DNA of 31,722 nucleotides from a virus. Lineage: Duplodnaviria; Caudoviricetes. Position numbers and translations under genes: made by a program. The stretch covers positions 1-31,722 of the IMG/VR virus record IMGVR_UViG_3300046007_005029; one strand, written 5' to 3'. Numbering within the stretch: the stretch's first letter is position 1; each line of letters opens with the position of its first letter. Positions 23,466-31,722 of the stretch are shown here, in pieces. The notes below the pieces were generated by a model. That model saw nothing but the letters and a program-made list of their open reading frames with translations. It was not told where the DNA came from and searched no databases.

Positions 23466-24284
23466 TTGAGAGACCCATTCATTATTGACGAGCCAATCTG
23501 TATCTCCTTCAGCGGAGGTCGGACATCTGCTTACCTGCTGTGGCGTGTCCTGCAATCCAACGGCGGCTTACCCGAACAGGCAATCGTCTGCTTCGCCAAC
23601 ACCGGCAAGGAGGAAGAGGCAACGCTGGAGTTTGTCAGAAACTGCGAGACAAACTGGAACGTGAAGATTCATTGGCTGGAGTATCAAAATGAAAAGCCTA
23701 ACTTCCGTGTGGTGGACTTTGCCACAGCCAGCAGGAATGGGGAACCGTTCGAGCAGCTGATTCTGAAGCGCAAGTATCTGCCCAATCCGGTGACTAGATT
23801 TTGCACAGCCATCTTGAAGATACGCACCATCCATCGGTATCTGAAACATCTTGGTTGGAAGCACAACGAGAACATGGATTGGCTGGGCATCCGAGCGGAC
23901 GAGCAGCGCAGAGCCGCCAAGGTAGATCGTAGTCGAGCGCCGTTAGTTGCCGCGGGCATTACTGCCAAGGATGTAGGCGAGTTCTGGAAGTCACAGCCTT
24001 TTGACTTAGGCTTGCCCAACATCAATGGCAAAACCATGCACGGGAACTGTGACTTATGTTTCTTGAAAGGTGCCAAACAAATCCTAAGTCTGGTGGCAGA
24101 GAAGCCGGAGCGGGCGGTCTGGTGGGCAAAGATGGAGACGCTAGTCCAGACGAGCAACCAAACGTTTGGCAATGGCGCTAGGTTCCGTAAGGACAGACCG
24201 TCTTATGCAGAGATGCAGAAGTACGTGGACAAACAGGTGGACATGTTTGATGACGAATCCATAGATTGTTATTGCGGAGAGTAA
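23466..24284 (+). CDS. PAPS-reductase-family (PP-loop) protein
   Basis: ISFSGGRTSAYL, FANTGKE, RFCT..LK, GIRADE.RR, GNCDLCFLK, terminal CYCGE; likely TTG start 23466 (AGAGGA RBS). Confidence 0.8.
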   Translation: MRDPFIIDEPICISFSGGRTSAYLLWRVLQSNGGLPEQAIVCFANTGKEEEATLEFVRNCETNWNVKIHWLEYQNEKPNFRVVDFATASRNGEPFEQLILKRKYLPNPVTRFCTAILKIRTIHRYLKHLGWKHNENMDWLGIRADEQRRAAKVDRSRAPLVAAGITAKDVGEFWKSQPFDLGLPNINGKTMHGNCDLCFLKGAKQILSLVAEKPERAVWWAKMETLVQTSNQTFGNGARFRKDRPSYAEMQKYVDKQVDMFDDESIDCYCGE

Positions 24285-24707
24285 ATGGAGACTAGCCAGT
24301 TTGAAGCGGTAAAGGTTGCGATGAAGCAGGATAACTCCGGCTACATCCTGACTCTGCGTATACACCCAGATGATCTACCAGAAGAAATCATGCGCGACTT
24401 TGTTGGCGCTAGGTACGTGGCAGTTCTTGTTCGAGTCAATGAAGAAGAGAAGCCTATGAACCGGGAGCAAGAGCTGGCCAAGGATATGGTGCGGGCATCC
24501 GGAATGTTGTGCAGGGATCCGAAGTTCTGGGAGTTTCTTGAGGACGCAGGCGAGATCTTCGGGCAGTCAGAGAAGGAAGCAACAGAGTGGATGTACAAGT
24601 ATCTGAAGGTGGACAGCCGGGCTGATATCCCCAAGAGCCAATCAGCTATTGAGAAACTTCTAGGAATGAAAGAGGAATTTAAGACATGGAAGATGGAAAG
24701 AGGATGA
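24285..24707 (+). CDS. Conserved hypothetical phage protein
   Basis: 140 aa; QFEAVKVAMKQD..GYILTL.IHPD, GMLCRDP.FW.FL motifs. Confidence 0.7.
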   Translation: METSQFEAVKVAMKQDNSGYILTLRIHPDDLPEEIMRDFVGARYVAVLVRVNEEEKPMNREQELAKDMVRASGMLCRDPKFWEFLEDAGEIFGQSEKEATEWMYKYLKVDSRADIPKSQSAIEKLLGMKEEFKTWKMERG

Positions 24708-24970
24708 TCCCGTACTCGGTTCACTTGTCTGAATCGACATACACGGCGCTGAAAGAACATGCCAAACACCGGCAGGCTTCTACCCTGGTGCGCAACGCTA
24801 TCGACATGATCCTCAGTAAAGAGGACCCCTTCAACGCTGGGTACAACCAAGCGCTGCGGGATGTCATCAAGACGATCAAGTCACACAAGCTAGCCAACGA
24901 TATCGTCTTCGCAGGCGAGAGCATAGGCGACACGCTGGTGACAGCTATCTCGGAGATCCATACCAGATGA
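24704..24970 (+). CDS. Putative ribbon-helix-helix DNA-binding protein
   Basis: PYSVHL (strand), ESTYTALKEHA (helix), ASTLVRNAIDMIL (helix); ATGA overlap. Confidence 0.6.
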   Translation: MIPYSVHLSESTYTALKEHAKHRQASTLVRNAIDMILSKEDPFNAGYNQALRDVIKTIKSHKLANDIVFAGESIGDTLVTAISEIHTR

Positions 24971-25500
24971 GCCACCCAGCGCAGCTACAGTTTGTCGCAG
25001 ACATCAAGAAGAACTACGTCAACCTGTTCTTTCGCAAGAAGGTTCTGGAGATCGGCAGCTTAAACATCAACGGATCTATCCGGTACTTCTTCATGGAATG
25101 TGATTACACCGGCGTTGACATAGGCGAAGGTCCGGGAGTTGATCTGGTTGCCCGCGGGGAAGACTTGGATTTCCCCAACGAAAGCTTTGACGTAGTGGCT
25201 TCTTGCGAATGTTTCGAACACAACCCCGAGTGGGCTAGGACGTTTGACAACATGACCAGAATGGCTAGGTCTTTGGTGTTCTTCTCTTGCGCTACCACCG
25301 GCAGGCCAGAGCACGGCACCAGCAGGACAACGCCGCAGGACGCGCCTTTCTGCGGGGACTATTACCAGAACCTAAAAGCTTCTGACTTCTTGGAGAAGTG
25401 CAACCTGAAACCGTATTTGCATTACACCTTTGCAGTAAACAAAGCAGCACAAGACCTGTACTTTATCGGCATCAAAAAACCTGGAGAGAATCATGGCTAG
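24967..25500 (+). CDS. Class I SAM-dependent methyltransferase
   Basis: VLEIGS..ING, YTGVDI..G.GVD, SFDVVASCECFEH. Confidence 0.85.
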   Translation: MSHPAQLQFVADIKKNYVNLFFRKKVLEIGSLNINGSIRYFFMECDYTGVDIGEGPGVDLVARGEDLDFPNESFDVVASCECFEHNPEWARTFDNMTRMARSLVFFSCATTGRPEHGTSRTTPQDAPFCGDYYQNLKASDFLEKCNLKPYLHYTFAVNKAAQDLYFIGIKKPGENHG

Positions 25501-26239
25501 ACTATTCGTAGGCACCCCAATGTACGGCGGCATGTGTACCGGCCACTATGCCCAGAGCATGTTGCAGTTGCAGAACACCATGCAGCGCAACCGTATCGAC
25601 ATGGCAGTAAGCTTCGTGTTCAACGAGTCGCTCATCACCCGTGGAAGAAATGCCATCGTCCACAACTTCCTGAAGTCTGGCTTCACGCACCTGATGTTTA
25701 TCGACGCGGACATCAAGTTCAACGCCGAGGACATCATCCCTATGCTGCTGTCAGAGAAGGAAATCATCTGCGGCATCTACCCCAAGAAGGAGATCAACTG
25801 GGCGCTGGTGGAGCAGGCAGTCAAGGCGGGTGTGCCTACAGATCAGATCAAGTACTACTCTGGCACCCATGTGGTGAACCTGCTAGACGGCGCTGCCCAA
25901 CAGAAGTTTGTGGTAACAGAGCCAGCCAAGATCGCCAACGGTGGTACTGGCTTCATGATCATCAAGCGGGAGGTTTTCGACCGCATGGCGCCACACGTAG
26001 GCCGGTATATCAACAACGCAGTAGATCTGTCCGGCAACATCGGTGCAGAAGAGATCGTCGAGTTCTTCACCACCAGCATTGATCCTGAGACACAGCACCT
26101 ACTGTCTGAGGATTATCACTTCTGCCGAGTCTGGAGAGAGCTGGGCGGAGACATCTGGACAGCACCGTGGGTACAGCTGGGTCACATGGGCAGCTACCTG
26201 TTCGATGGTTCGATGTCGCCGGAACTGCCGGAGGGGTGA
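25493..26239 (+). CDS. GT-A fold glycosyltransferase-like protein
   Basis: GTPMYGG, ESLITRGRN, HLMFIDADI (DxD), GTGFMIIKREVF, LSEDYHFC..W...GG.IW. Confidence 0.75.
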   Translation: MARLFVGTPMYGGMCTGHYAQSMLQLQNTMQRNRIDMAVSFVFNESLITRGRNAIVHNFLKSGFTHLMFIDADIKFNAEDIIPMLLSEKEIICGIYPKKEINWALVEQAVKAGVPTDQIKYYSGTHVVNLLDGAAQQKFVVTEPAKIANGGTGFMIIKREVFDRMAPHVGRYINNAVDLSGNIGAEEIVEFFTTSIDPETQHLLSEDYHFCRVWRELGGDIWTAPWVQLGHMGSYLFDGSMSPELPEG

Positions 26240-27021
26240 TGACCTACGACCAGATCACTGTGGTCGCCATCTATGGGGACGGGCGTGGCAACGTTGCCAT
26301 GCCAGCCCTAGAGAAGACTGCCGCCTGTTTCCCAGGATGCAAGAAACTGCTGATCACCAACCAGCGGTTAGGGATAGACATCCCGCAGAAGATCTGTGGC
26401 CCGCTAGATCACTATGGCTACTCAGCATTCTGCATGTACGCCCTGCACCATTACATCGATACTGACTACGCCCTGATCGTGCAGCACGACGGCTGGGCGC
26501 TGTCAGCAGATAACTGGAAGGATGATTGGCTGAACTATGATTACATAGGCGGCCTAGTCCACGCAGCGCTGGTGGGCGAGCAGTTCTATACCAACTTCGG
26601 CTGGATAGGACAGCCAGATCCTATCGTTATTCAGAATGGAGGATTTAGCCTGAGAAGTAAGAAGTTCATGCAGGCATTAGTACACAACGGCATCATGCCT
26701 AAAATGTACAACATTGCCATGTTGAACAATGAAGACGTACAACTGACCGGCTTCCTGCGCCCAGCGTTAGAGAAAGTCGGCATAAAGTTTGCCGCTGACG
26801 AAGAAGCCACAATGTTTGCTTTCGAGCATCTATCGCCTACCATTCACAAGGACGTGGACCTGACAAAAGTGTTTGGACACCACAGCAGGTTCAGGTCTTT
26901 AGTGGATGATAAGACGATACTTTGGAAGCTTGATCAAGACACCACCAACGAAATACCGTGGGAGCTGAAAGTCTACGATTTGTTTTCAGATCACTATGGT
27001 TATCGTATTGTTCATGAGTAA
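26239..27021 (+). CDS. DUF5672-like (glycosyltransferase-related) protein
   Basis: YS.FC...L..YIDTDYALIVQHDG, W...WL.YDYIG, NGGFSLRSKK, NED, FG.H motifs; TGATG coupling. Confidence 0.7.
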   Translation: MTYDQITVVAIYGDGRGNVAMPALEKTAACFPGCKKLLITNQRLGIDIPQKICGPLDHYGYSAFCMYALHHYIDTDYALIVQHDGWALSADNWKDDWLNYDYIGGLVHAALVGEQFYTNFGWIGQPDPIVIQNGGFSLRSKKFMQALVHNGIMPKMYNIAMLNNEDVQLTGFLRPALEKVGIKFAADEEATMFAFEHLSPTIHKDVDLTKVFGHHSRFRSLVDDKTILWKLDQDTTNEIPWELKVYDLFSDHYGYRIVHE

Positions 27022-27030
27022 GGAGGACTT

Positions 27031-27288
27031 ATGCTTAGAGACGGTAAGTTTATTAAAGAGCCACCCATTCGGATTGGCGCCTACTACGTGCCACAACCAC
27101 CGCAGCCTAGCTCGCCGGAAGATGAGTTTGTGCAGGATCTAATCTTGGCCAGTACCAACCAGCCTAAAGGATTTGCTAGCACCCATGCAGCCAAGATCAT
27201 GGATTGGATTCTGTTTATCCTACTAGTCTGGCTAGGCGTTGGTACTTTGGTGCCGGTACTAAAGGTCATTGCGGATCATCTTGTTTAA
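27031..27288 (+). CDS. Membrane-anchored hypothetical protein
   Basis: AAGGAGG RBS; C-terminal hydrophobic helix. Confidence 0.65.
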   Translation: MLRDGKFIKEPPIRIGAYYVPQPPQPSSPEDEFVQDLILASTNQPKGFASTHAAKIMDWILFILLVWLGVGTLVPVLKVIADHLV

Positions 27289-27482
27289 TGAGCCGTACAT
27301 TAAAAGTAGCAGAAGACGCCGCCATGGAATTTGATCTGGTCTACGCCCCTGATGAGCTAGCAGTTCAGTGGATGAATAGATTCTCCGAGATCATTTCCAT
27401 CGGCGAGCGTGAGAAATGCGCCCAGATCTGTGAGGATATGGGCTTACCTGAAGCCGCCAAGAAAATAAGGGAGCGCAAATGA
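27288..27482 (+). CDS. Hypothetical protein
   Basis: TAATG coupling; EREKCAQICE...AA..IR.R C-terminal module. Confidence 0.65.
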   Translation: MSRTLKVAEDAAMEFDLVYAPDELAVQWMNRFSEIISIGEREKCAQICEDMGLPEAAKKIRERK

Positions 27483-27742
27483 ATAACATCAACTGGATAC
27501 GTTCACGGCATTACACAATTACTTGGGATGACCTGCGCCCACTACCGAGCGCCCCATCTCCAGAAACTAACCTGCGTGTAGACTACGATGCCAGTGGGAA
27601 AGTGCTAAACATGGAGTGGATGAACCGCGTGCTGCCCAGCTTTGAAGAACTCTATAAAGAGTTTCTCGCTAGAAAAGATTGGCCAGACACCCCTGTTACC
27701 CGCGAAGTCTTCGAAGCTGGATGGGACGCAGCTAGATCATGA
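27479..27742 (+). CDS. Hypothetical protein
   Basis: 87 aa, ends FEAGWDAA; ATGA overlap. Confidence 0.6.
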   Translation: MNNINWIRSRHYTITWDDLRPLPSAPSPETNLRVDYDASGKVLNMEWMNRVLPSFEELYKEFLARKDWPDTPVTREVFEAGWDAARS

Positions 27743-27909
27743 GCGAGTACGATAGGAAGTTTTGCGGCAGCTGTCAGATGCACAAGCCTCTTGATGGCGG
27801 GATCATGAAGCAGACCAGAGGCGTACCTAGATGGGTCTGCAAAACCTGCGCCGCTAGAACAACTACGAATTCTAAAAAGAGAAAAAAGAATGCTCTGTCC
27901 GTCGTGTGA
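27739..27909 (+). CDS. Small zinc-finger protein (56 aa), not in the ORF track
   Basis: MSEYDRKFCGSCQMHKPLDGGIMKQTRGVPRWVCKTCAARTTTNSKKRKKNALSVV; two CxxC pairs; ATGA overlap. Confidence 0.7.
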   Translation: MSEYDRKFCGSCQMHKPLDGGIMKQTRGVPRWVCKTCAARTTTNSKKRKKNALSVV

Positions 27910-28078
27910 GGAAAGAACCAAGGTTTTAGAAACTAGGCAGTTTTATGACAAGGATGTCGGTTTCTATTACCTTGACCGCAAGCGTGAGTGCCTGTCCTGT
28001 AAGGAACGGTTTGCCTCTCTGGAGATACCGTACGATATCTGGCGGCAGTACGTGAGGGTAGAAGATGAAAACAGTTAA
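27890..28078 (+). CDS. NrdR N-terminal-like zinc ribbon protein
   Basis: M.CP.C...TKVLETR......RKRECLSC.ERF.S.E; no ATP-cone domain. Confidence 0.7.
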   Translation: MLCPSCEERTKVLETRQFYDKDVGFYYLDRKRECLSCKERFASLEIPYDIWRQYVRVEDENS

Positions 28079-28346
28079 GAAGTATATGGACGAAGTAGCC
28101 GGGATCGGCTGCGTTCTCTGTCTTCATCTTGACTACGGCTATACCCCCGCCGTCCTGCATCATCCTCGTGATGCGGTTGGCGGGGCGCAGCGTGCGTCAG
28201 ACTGGCTGGTGATTCCTCTTTGTCCGGAACATCACACCGGTAAGTCGGGATACCACGGACTAGGAAGCAGAGGCTTTTATACACGGTACAAACTTACAGA
28301 GTGGGATCTGATGGCCATGACTATTGAGCGCCATCAAAAGCTTTAA
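28065..28346 (+). CDS. Ref/DUF968-like HNH protein
   Basis: GCVLC...LHHPR...GGAQRASD..VIPLCPEHH.G..G.HG. Confidence 0.75.
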   Translation: MKTVKKYMDEVAGIGCVLCLHLDYGYTPAVLHHPRDAVGGAQRASDWLVIPLCPEHHTGKSGYHGLGSRGFYTRYKLTEWDLMAMTIERHQKL

Positions 28347-31300
28347 TCCTCACCGCCACCGTACGTCTCCATCAGACGGCCACGCAGCTTCGGATTCAGA
28401 TACACACCGTCCACACTCTCCGCTATATGCCGTTGCCGTGACATGAACGAATTGCGCAGAGTCTTGGCATCAATATCCACCTCTGGATTCTTATCGTTGA
28501 ACTTCCCTATGGCCTGCATGATCTCTTGCAGCCCGTCGTTGTCACCCTGCTGACGAGCCAGATAAGCTTTCTCCAACAGCGCTGCACGGCGATCCATGAT
28601 GGCACGCTCTGCCCGCTTCGTAGCACCAGCCCTAGCCTGGGCTTCTGCAAGTTCTGCTGGGTTGAATCCAAAGATCTGCATGAACGTGTTGTACGCCCCG
28701 ATGTCATCAGTGATCGGCACGCCGTCCTTGGTCATGGCACCTTCCGTTCCCAGACGGAAAGCTTTCAATCCATTCCGTATGAAGCTTGGCATCAACGCTT
28801 CCATGCCCCGCTGCCACTCACCCTCTTGCACCAGCTTCAGTCCGCGCTCAGCATTCCTGAACGCCCCGTAAGCTGGACCCGCAGCCTGCTCAATGGCATA
28901 CAGCGTCGGACCTATCTCAGCCAAACGCTTGGGATCATCCCGCCATATCAGCCCGTTAAATCCAGTACGGCTGGCAATGTCCACTGCAAGTAAAGCGTTG
29001 ACCGGACCCTTGTACCCAATGTCCCCGAACGCCGCACGGACAGTAGCGTCCATATCGAATGGTTCATCATCATCGTCTGCCAACATATTGGCCAGTACAG
29101 ATACCGCTCCGTACAGCGGCATACCTTGGATACCAGCAAAGATATAAGACGTACCTGCAATCCCCAGCAGCTGCTTGCGGGCGATGTCTCGAGTGTCCTT
29201 GTCAGCGCTTTTGAACGCCTGATGGAACAGCCGCCCCATCAAATAGATCTGCGCCTGCGCAAAGCGTTTGAAGGTGAAGGCTACCTTACCTATGCCCTGC
29301 TGGAAGAAGCGTGGACCTATCTCCGCTAGGGAAGCGCCGTGTGCGTCATTCACCACTGAGATAGCGTAGTCAATAGCGCCATCCACCGACATCCCCGGCT
29401 TGCCATTAGCGCCCTCTCTCGCCAGCTTGAATGCAGCGATCAGGGTGATCTCACGGTTGGCACGTTCCGAGTTCTGGAAGATCCATCCAAGGCCGTGCTC
29501 TATCTGTGCGCGGCGCCCTGTAAAGTCTTCCACCTTAGACTTACGAGCCTCTGTAATCTCATAGCCTGTAGACCGGCGGATAGCCTGCTGCTGAACGGCG
29601 GTGTCGTACAGTTGCTTCAACTCACCCTTGGCATTAGCACCAAACGTCCAGTCAGGCAGGAACTCGCTGTTGTCATCCTTACCGCCCTTCCAGTACTGGA
29701 TCGTTGCCTGACGCATAGCATCTGCCGCCCGACCGAATCCGTACCGTCCGCCCAGTAATGGGTAGACAACGATAGGCATCTGAGTCAAGTTGACTAGGGC
29801 GCTGGATACGTTACCGGCGATGAACCACATGTAGCTGAAGTAGCTAGCCTTGTTGACGATGTCACCGTTAACAGGGTTGCGGATGAAGTCCAGCTGCTTC
29901 TGCATGTTATCCACAACATCACGCAGTTCCATCGTGGGGTTCTGCTCGAACTCCTCACGGACACCAGTGACCGCCTTCTCCAGCGGCTCAGCATTTTTCA
30001 TGTTGGCCAGCTGGTTTGCCATGCGGGTAGCCACGTTGGCGTATACCTGGAAGACATCCTCACGGAAACCAAGCCTGCCCTCGCGCTTGCGGAACTGCTG
30101 CCGCACAGACTGGGCTGGGAACAGGGAGAGGTAGGTCTGGTAAATGCTGTCGATAACCTCTGGCTGTACGCCCTGATCCTGTAGTTGTTTGACCACGGAT
30201 CCCATAAATCCTGTGGGCGGGACAGTCCGGTAGGTAATCTGTTGCAGGCGGGTGAACTCTTTTACGTCAGTCATCCCGTCAGCTCTAGCCTTCTCAGCTG
30301 CCTGCTTGGCCTCGCGGACACTTTCGAACGCCATGGAAACGCGCTCGTCATTCTTGTCGTTGAACGAAACCCAGTAGTCACCCATACGGAATAGCGGCAG
30401 GTACACTTTCAGCCGCTTGGCTTCCATCTTCAGCCGTATCACAGAGGCTTGGCTTTGCTTTAGGTTAGACAGAAGCAGATGCATATACTCATCTGATGAC
30501 TTTTTGTAGTCATCACGAAGCTGCTTGTATACCTTTTGCAAGTCAGGATGAAGCTTCTCAAATTCCTTGGTCAGAGGATTGTTTGCCTCGGCAGGATCTA
30601 ACACGTCAATCTGGTCTAGCGTCGTGCGGTTAGCAATCGCGAAGAACCGCGGCAGCTGAGCCTTGTGCTTATTGGCAATCTTGTACCAGTCTTGGATGTT
30701 CTTGGAGATGCTCTGCCGGCGAGCCATCATGTCAGCGGCGCGGGCTTCTAGCGCAGTAGTTAACTTCTTCAGAGAAGGTAGCTGTGTGCCGTAGATTTCC
30801 TGTATCTGCGGCATCGTCAGGAAGCCAAGCGCTGCGCTACGCACCTTGTCCGGTACGTTAGACATGGCATTCTTGAAGTCATCAGCTAGCTGAGAGTTCA
30901 TCCCCGGCAGATTGTTTACCTGCTGGTTCAGGCCATTAAAGATGTTGGCTGCGCGTTTGCTGTAACGGATGTCAGTCTTTGTTGGATCAAAGGTGCCAAT
31001 GTTTCCAATAGCAGATTTAATCTGGTTTGGTTTAAACACTACATAAATATTTTCGCCCTTAAATCTACCTTTCATAAAAGCATCGACTCGGCTGTACTCA
31101 CCGGAATCAAAGGTATTACGTAAGATAAGTCCGTCATGCCCATTTCGACGAGCTTTGTCAATTAATTCCCGGTAAGTTGCATCTCGAAAAACTTTGTTTT
31201 TGAAGTCATGCACTAATGGGTTTTGCATGGACAAATATACTGGCATTACATTTGGCGTGGTTCCTTCTTCGGTACGCCCAGAAGGCATAAAATCTTTTGT

Positions 31301-31720
31301 ATAAACAATCCTGCTAGTTGCTTGAGCTGCTGACTCAAGATTGGGGAAATTGCCTCTTGCATAATAGTCTGCTGTTTTCTTTCTATCAGTAAAGAAGAAT
31401 CCTACCTGAGCTGACGGAGCGCCCGTATTTGTACCAAGTTTTTCTGGAGCAAAGTCCGAAAAATCATAAGCTGTTCCGTGATACACAACTAGTGGATTGC
31501 CATTAGCATCAACAACTTTGCTGTTTCCGAACCATTTGCGGAACTCTGGTGTGGCTGTAACTTTTTTCCCGGTTGGCTGAGTTTGCTCTCTAGCCGGCAT
31601 AGCTGCCCTGACTGGACCTTTCACCACAGCCTTGCGAGCGTTGGCAATTAAGCCAATCACTTCTTGATCGGTGATAGCGCCGACAGGTACGCCCAGCCTA
31701 CGCAGGAACTGTTTGATTAC
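28343..31720 (-). CDS. Large polyvalent (putatively injected) protein, 5'-truncated by the window; ART-PolyVal-like and PLxRFG-like regions
   Basis: Frame stays open to the window edge; FRKWFGNSKVVDANGNPLVVYHGT..GFFFT..VMPVYL...NPL..GHDGLI..NQIKSAIGN.GTF (ART-PolyVal-like); YLPLFRMGDYWV (PLxRFG-like); long helical C-terminus. Confidence 0.8.
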   Translation of the reverse strand, partial: VIKQFLRRLGVPVGAITDQEVIGLIANARKAVVKGPVRAAMPAREQTQPTGKKVTATPEFRKWFGNSKVVDANGNPLVVYHGTAYDFSDFAPEKLGTNTGAPSAQVGFFFTDRKKTADYYARGNFPNLESAAQATSRIVYTKDFMPSGRTEEGTTPNVMPVYLSMQNPLVHDFKNKVFRDATYRELIDKARRNGHDGLILRNTFDSGEYSRVDAFMKGRFKGENIYVVFKPNQIKSAIGNIGTFDPTKTDIRYSKRAANIFNGLNQQVNNLPGMNSQLADDFKNAMSNVPDKVRSAALGFLTMPQIQEIYGTQLPSLKKLTTALEARAADMMARRQSISKNIQDWYKIANKHKAQLPRFFAIANRTTLDQIDVLDPAEANNPLTKEFEKLHPDLQKVYKQLRDDYKKSSDEYMHLLLSNLKQSQASVIRLKMEAKRLKVYLPLFRMGDYWVSFNDKNDERVSMAFESVREAKQAAEKARADGMTDVKEFTRLQQITYRTVPPTGFMGSVVKQLQDQGVQPEVIDSIYQTYLSLFPAQSVRQQFRKREGRLGFREDVFQVYANVATRMANQLANMKNAEPLEKAVTGVREEFEQNPTMELRDVVDNMQKQLDFIRNPVNGDIVNKASYFSYMWFIAGNVSSALVNLTQMPIVVYPLLGGRYGFGRAADAMRQATIQYWKGGKDDNSEFLPDWTFGANAKGELKQLYDTAVQQQAIRRSTGYEITEARKSKVEDFTGRRAQIEHGLGWIFQNSERANREITLIAAFKLAREGANGKPGMSVDGAIDYAISVVNDAHGASLAEIGPRFFQQGIGKVAFTFKRFAQAQIYLMGRLFHQAFKSADKDTRDIARKQLLGIAGTSYIFAGIQGMPLYGAVSVLANMLADDDDEPFDMDATVRAAFGDIGYKGPVNALLAVDIASRTGFNGLIWRDDPKRLAEIGPTLYAIEQAAGPAYGAFRNAERGLKLVQEGEWQRGMEALMPSFIRNGLKAFRLGTEGAMTKDGVPITDDIGAYNTFMQIFGFNPAELAEAQARAGATKRAERAIMDRRAALLEKAYLARQQGDNDGLQEIMQAIGKFNDKNPEVDIDAKTLRNSFMSRQRHIAESVDGVYLNPKLRGRLMETYGGGED

Positions 31721-31722
31721 AT

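Noticed and set aside
25534-26082. 182 aa same-strand alternative frame inside the glycosyltransferase gene
   Set aside because: R/H/Q-rich composition typical of a shifted frame in GC3-biased DNA; no RBS or family motif, unlike the MTase nested gene.
31600-31660. GTG at 31660 as the start of the large protein
   Set aside because: The frame is open to the window edge and there is no RBS, so the true start is outside the window.
1-31722. Stop-codon reassignment, reverse transcriptase/DGR, integrase or transposase
   Set aside because: Genes tile densely under the standard code and end in TAA, TAG and TGA; no RT, recombinase or transposase motifs seen.

Overview
A 31.7 kb piece of a tailed dsDNA phage genome (Caudoviricetes). 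The layout resembles uncultured freshwater podovirus-like phages; a proteobacterial host is an inference only. Left to right: (1) 1-8814, minus strand, head and packaging module (major capsid, decoration-like protein, scaffold, GroES, portal, TerL, LexA-like HTH, TerS). (2) 9043-12566, plus strand, small putative early genes, almost all with an AAGGGG(G)-type ribosome binding site. (3) 12537-17773, minus strand, replication and modification (Toprim primase, SF2 helicase, C5 cytosine methyltransferase with a nested alternative-frame beta-subunit-like gene, ParB-like protein). (4) 17780-19020, a mostly non-coding control region with three tandem promoter-structured RNA-terminator units and a ~300 nt hairpin-rich element. 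(5) 19050-28346, plus strand, recombination and accessory genes (PD-(D/E)XK nuclease, ERF, SSB-like, resolvase-like, PAPS-reductase family, SAM methyltransferase, two glycosyltransferase-like genes, Ref-like HNH). (6) 28343 to the window end, the C-terminal part of a large polyvalent protein. The best candidates for new biology are a small RNA whose 9-nt loop (UUCCCCCUU) is the exact complement of the early-gene RBS, and a parS-like palindrome shared between the ParB-like gene and the packaging region. No integrase, lysis cassette, tRNA or CRISPR array was seen. All family calls come from motif recognition by eye, not from database searches.
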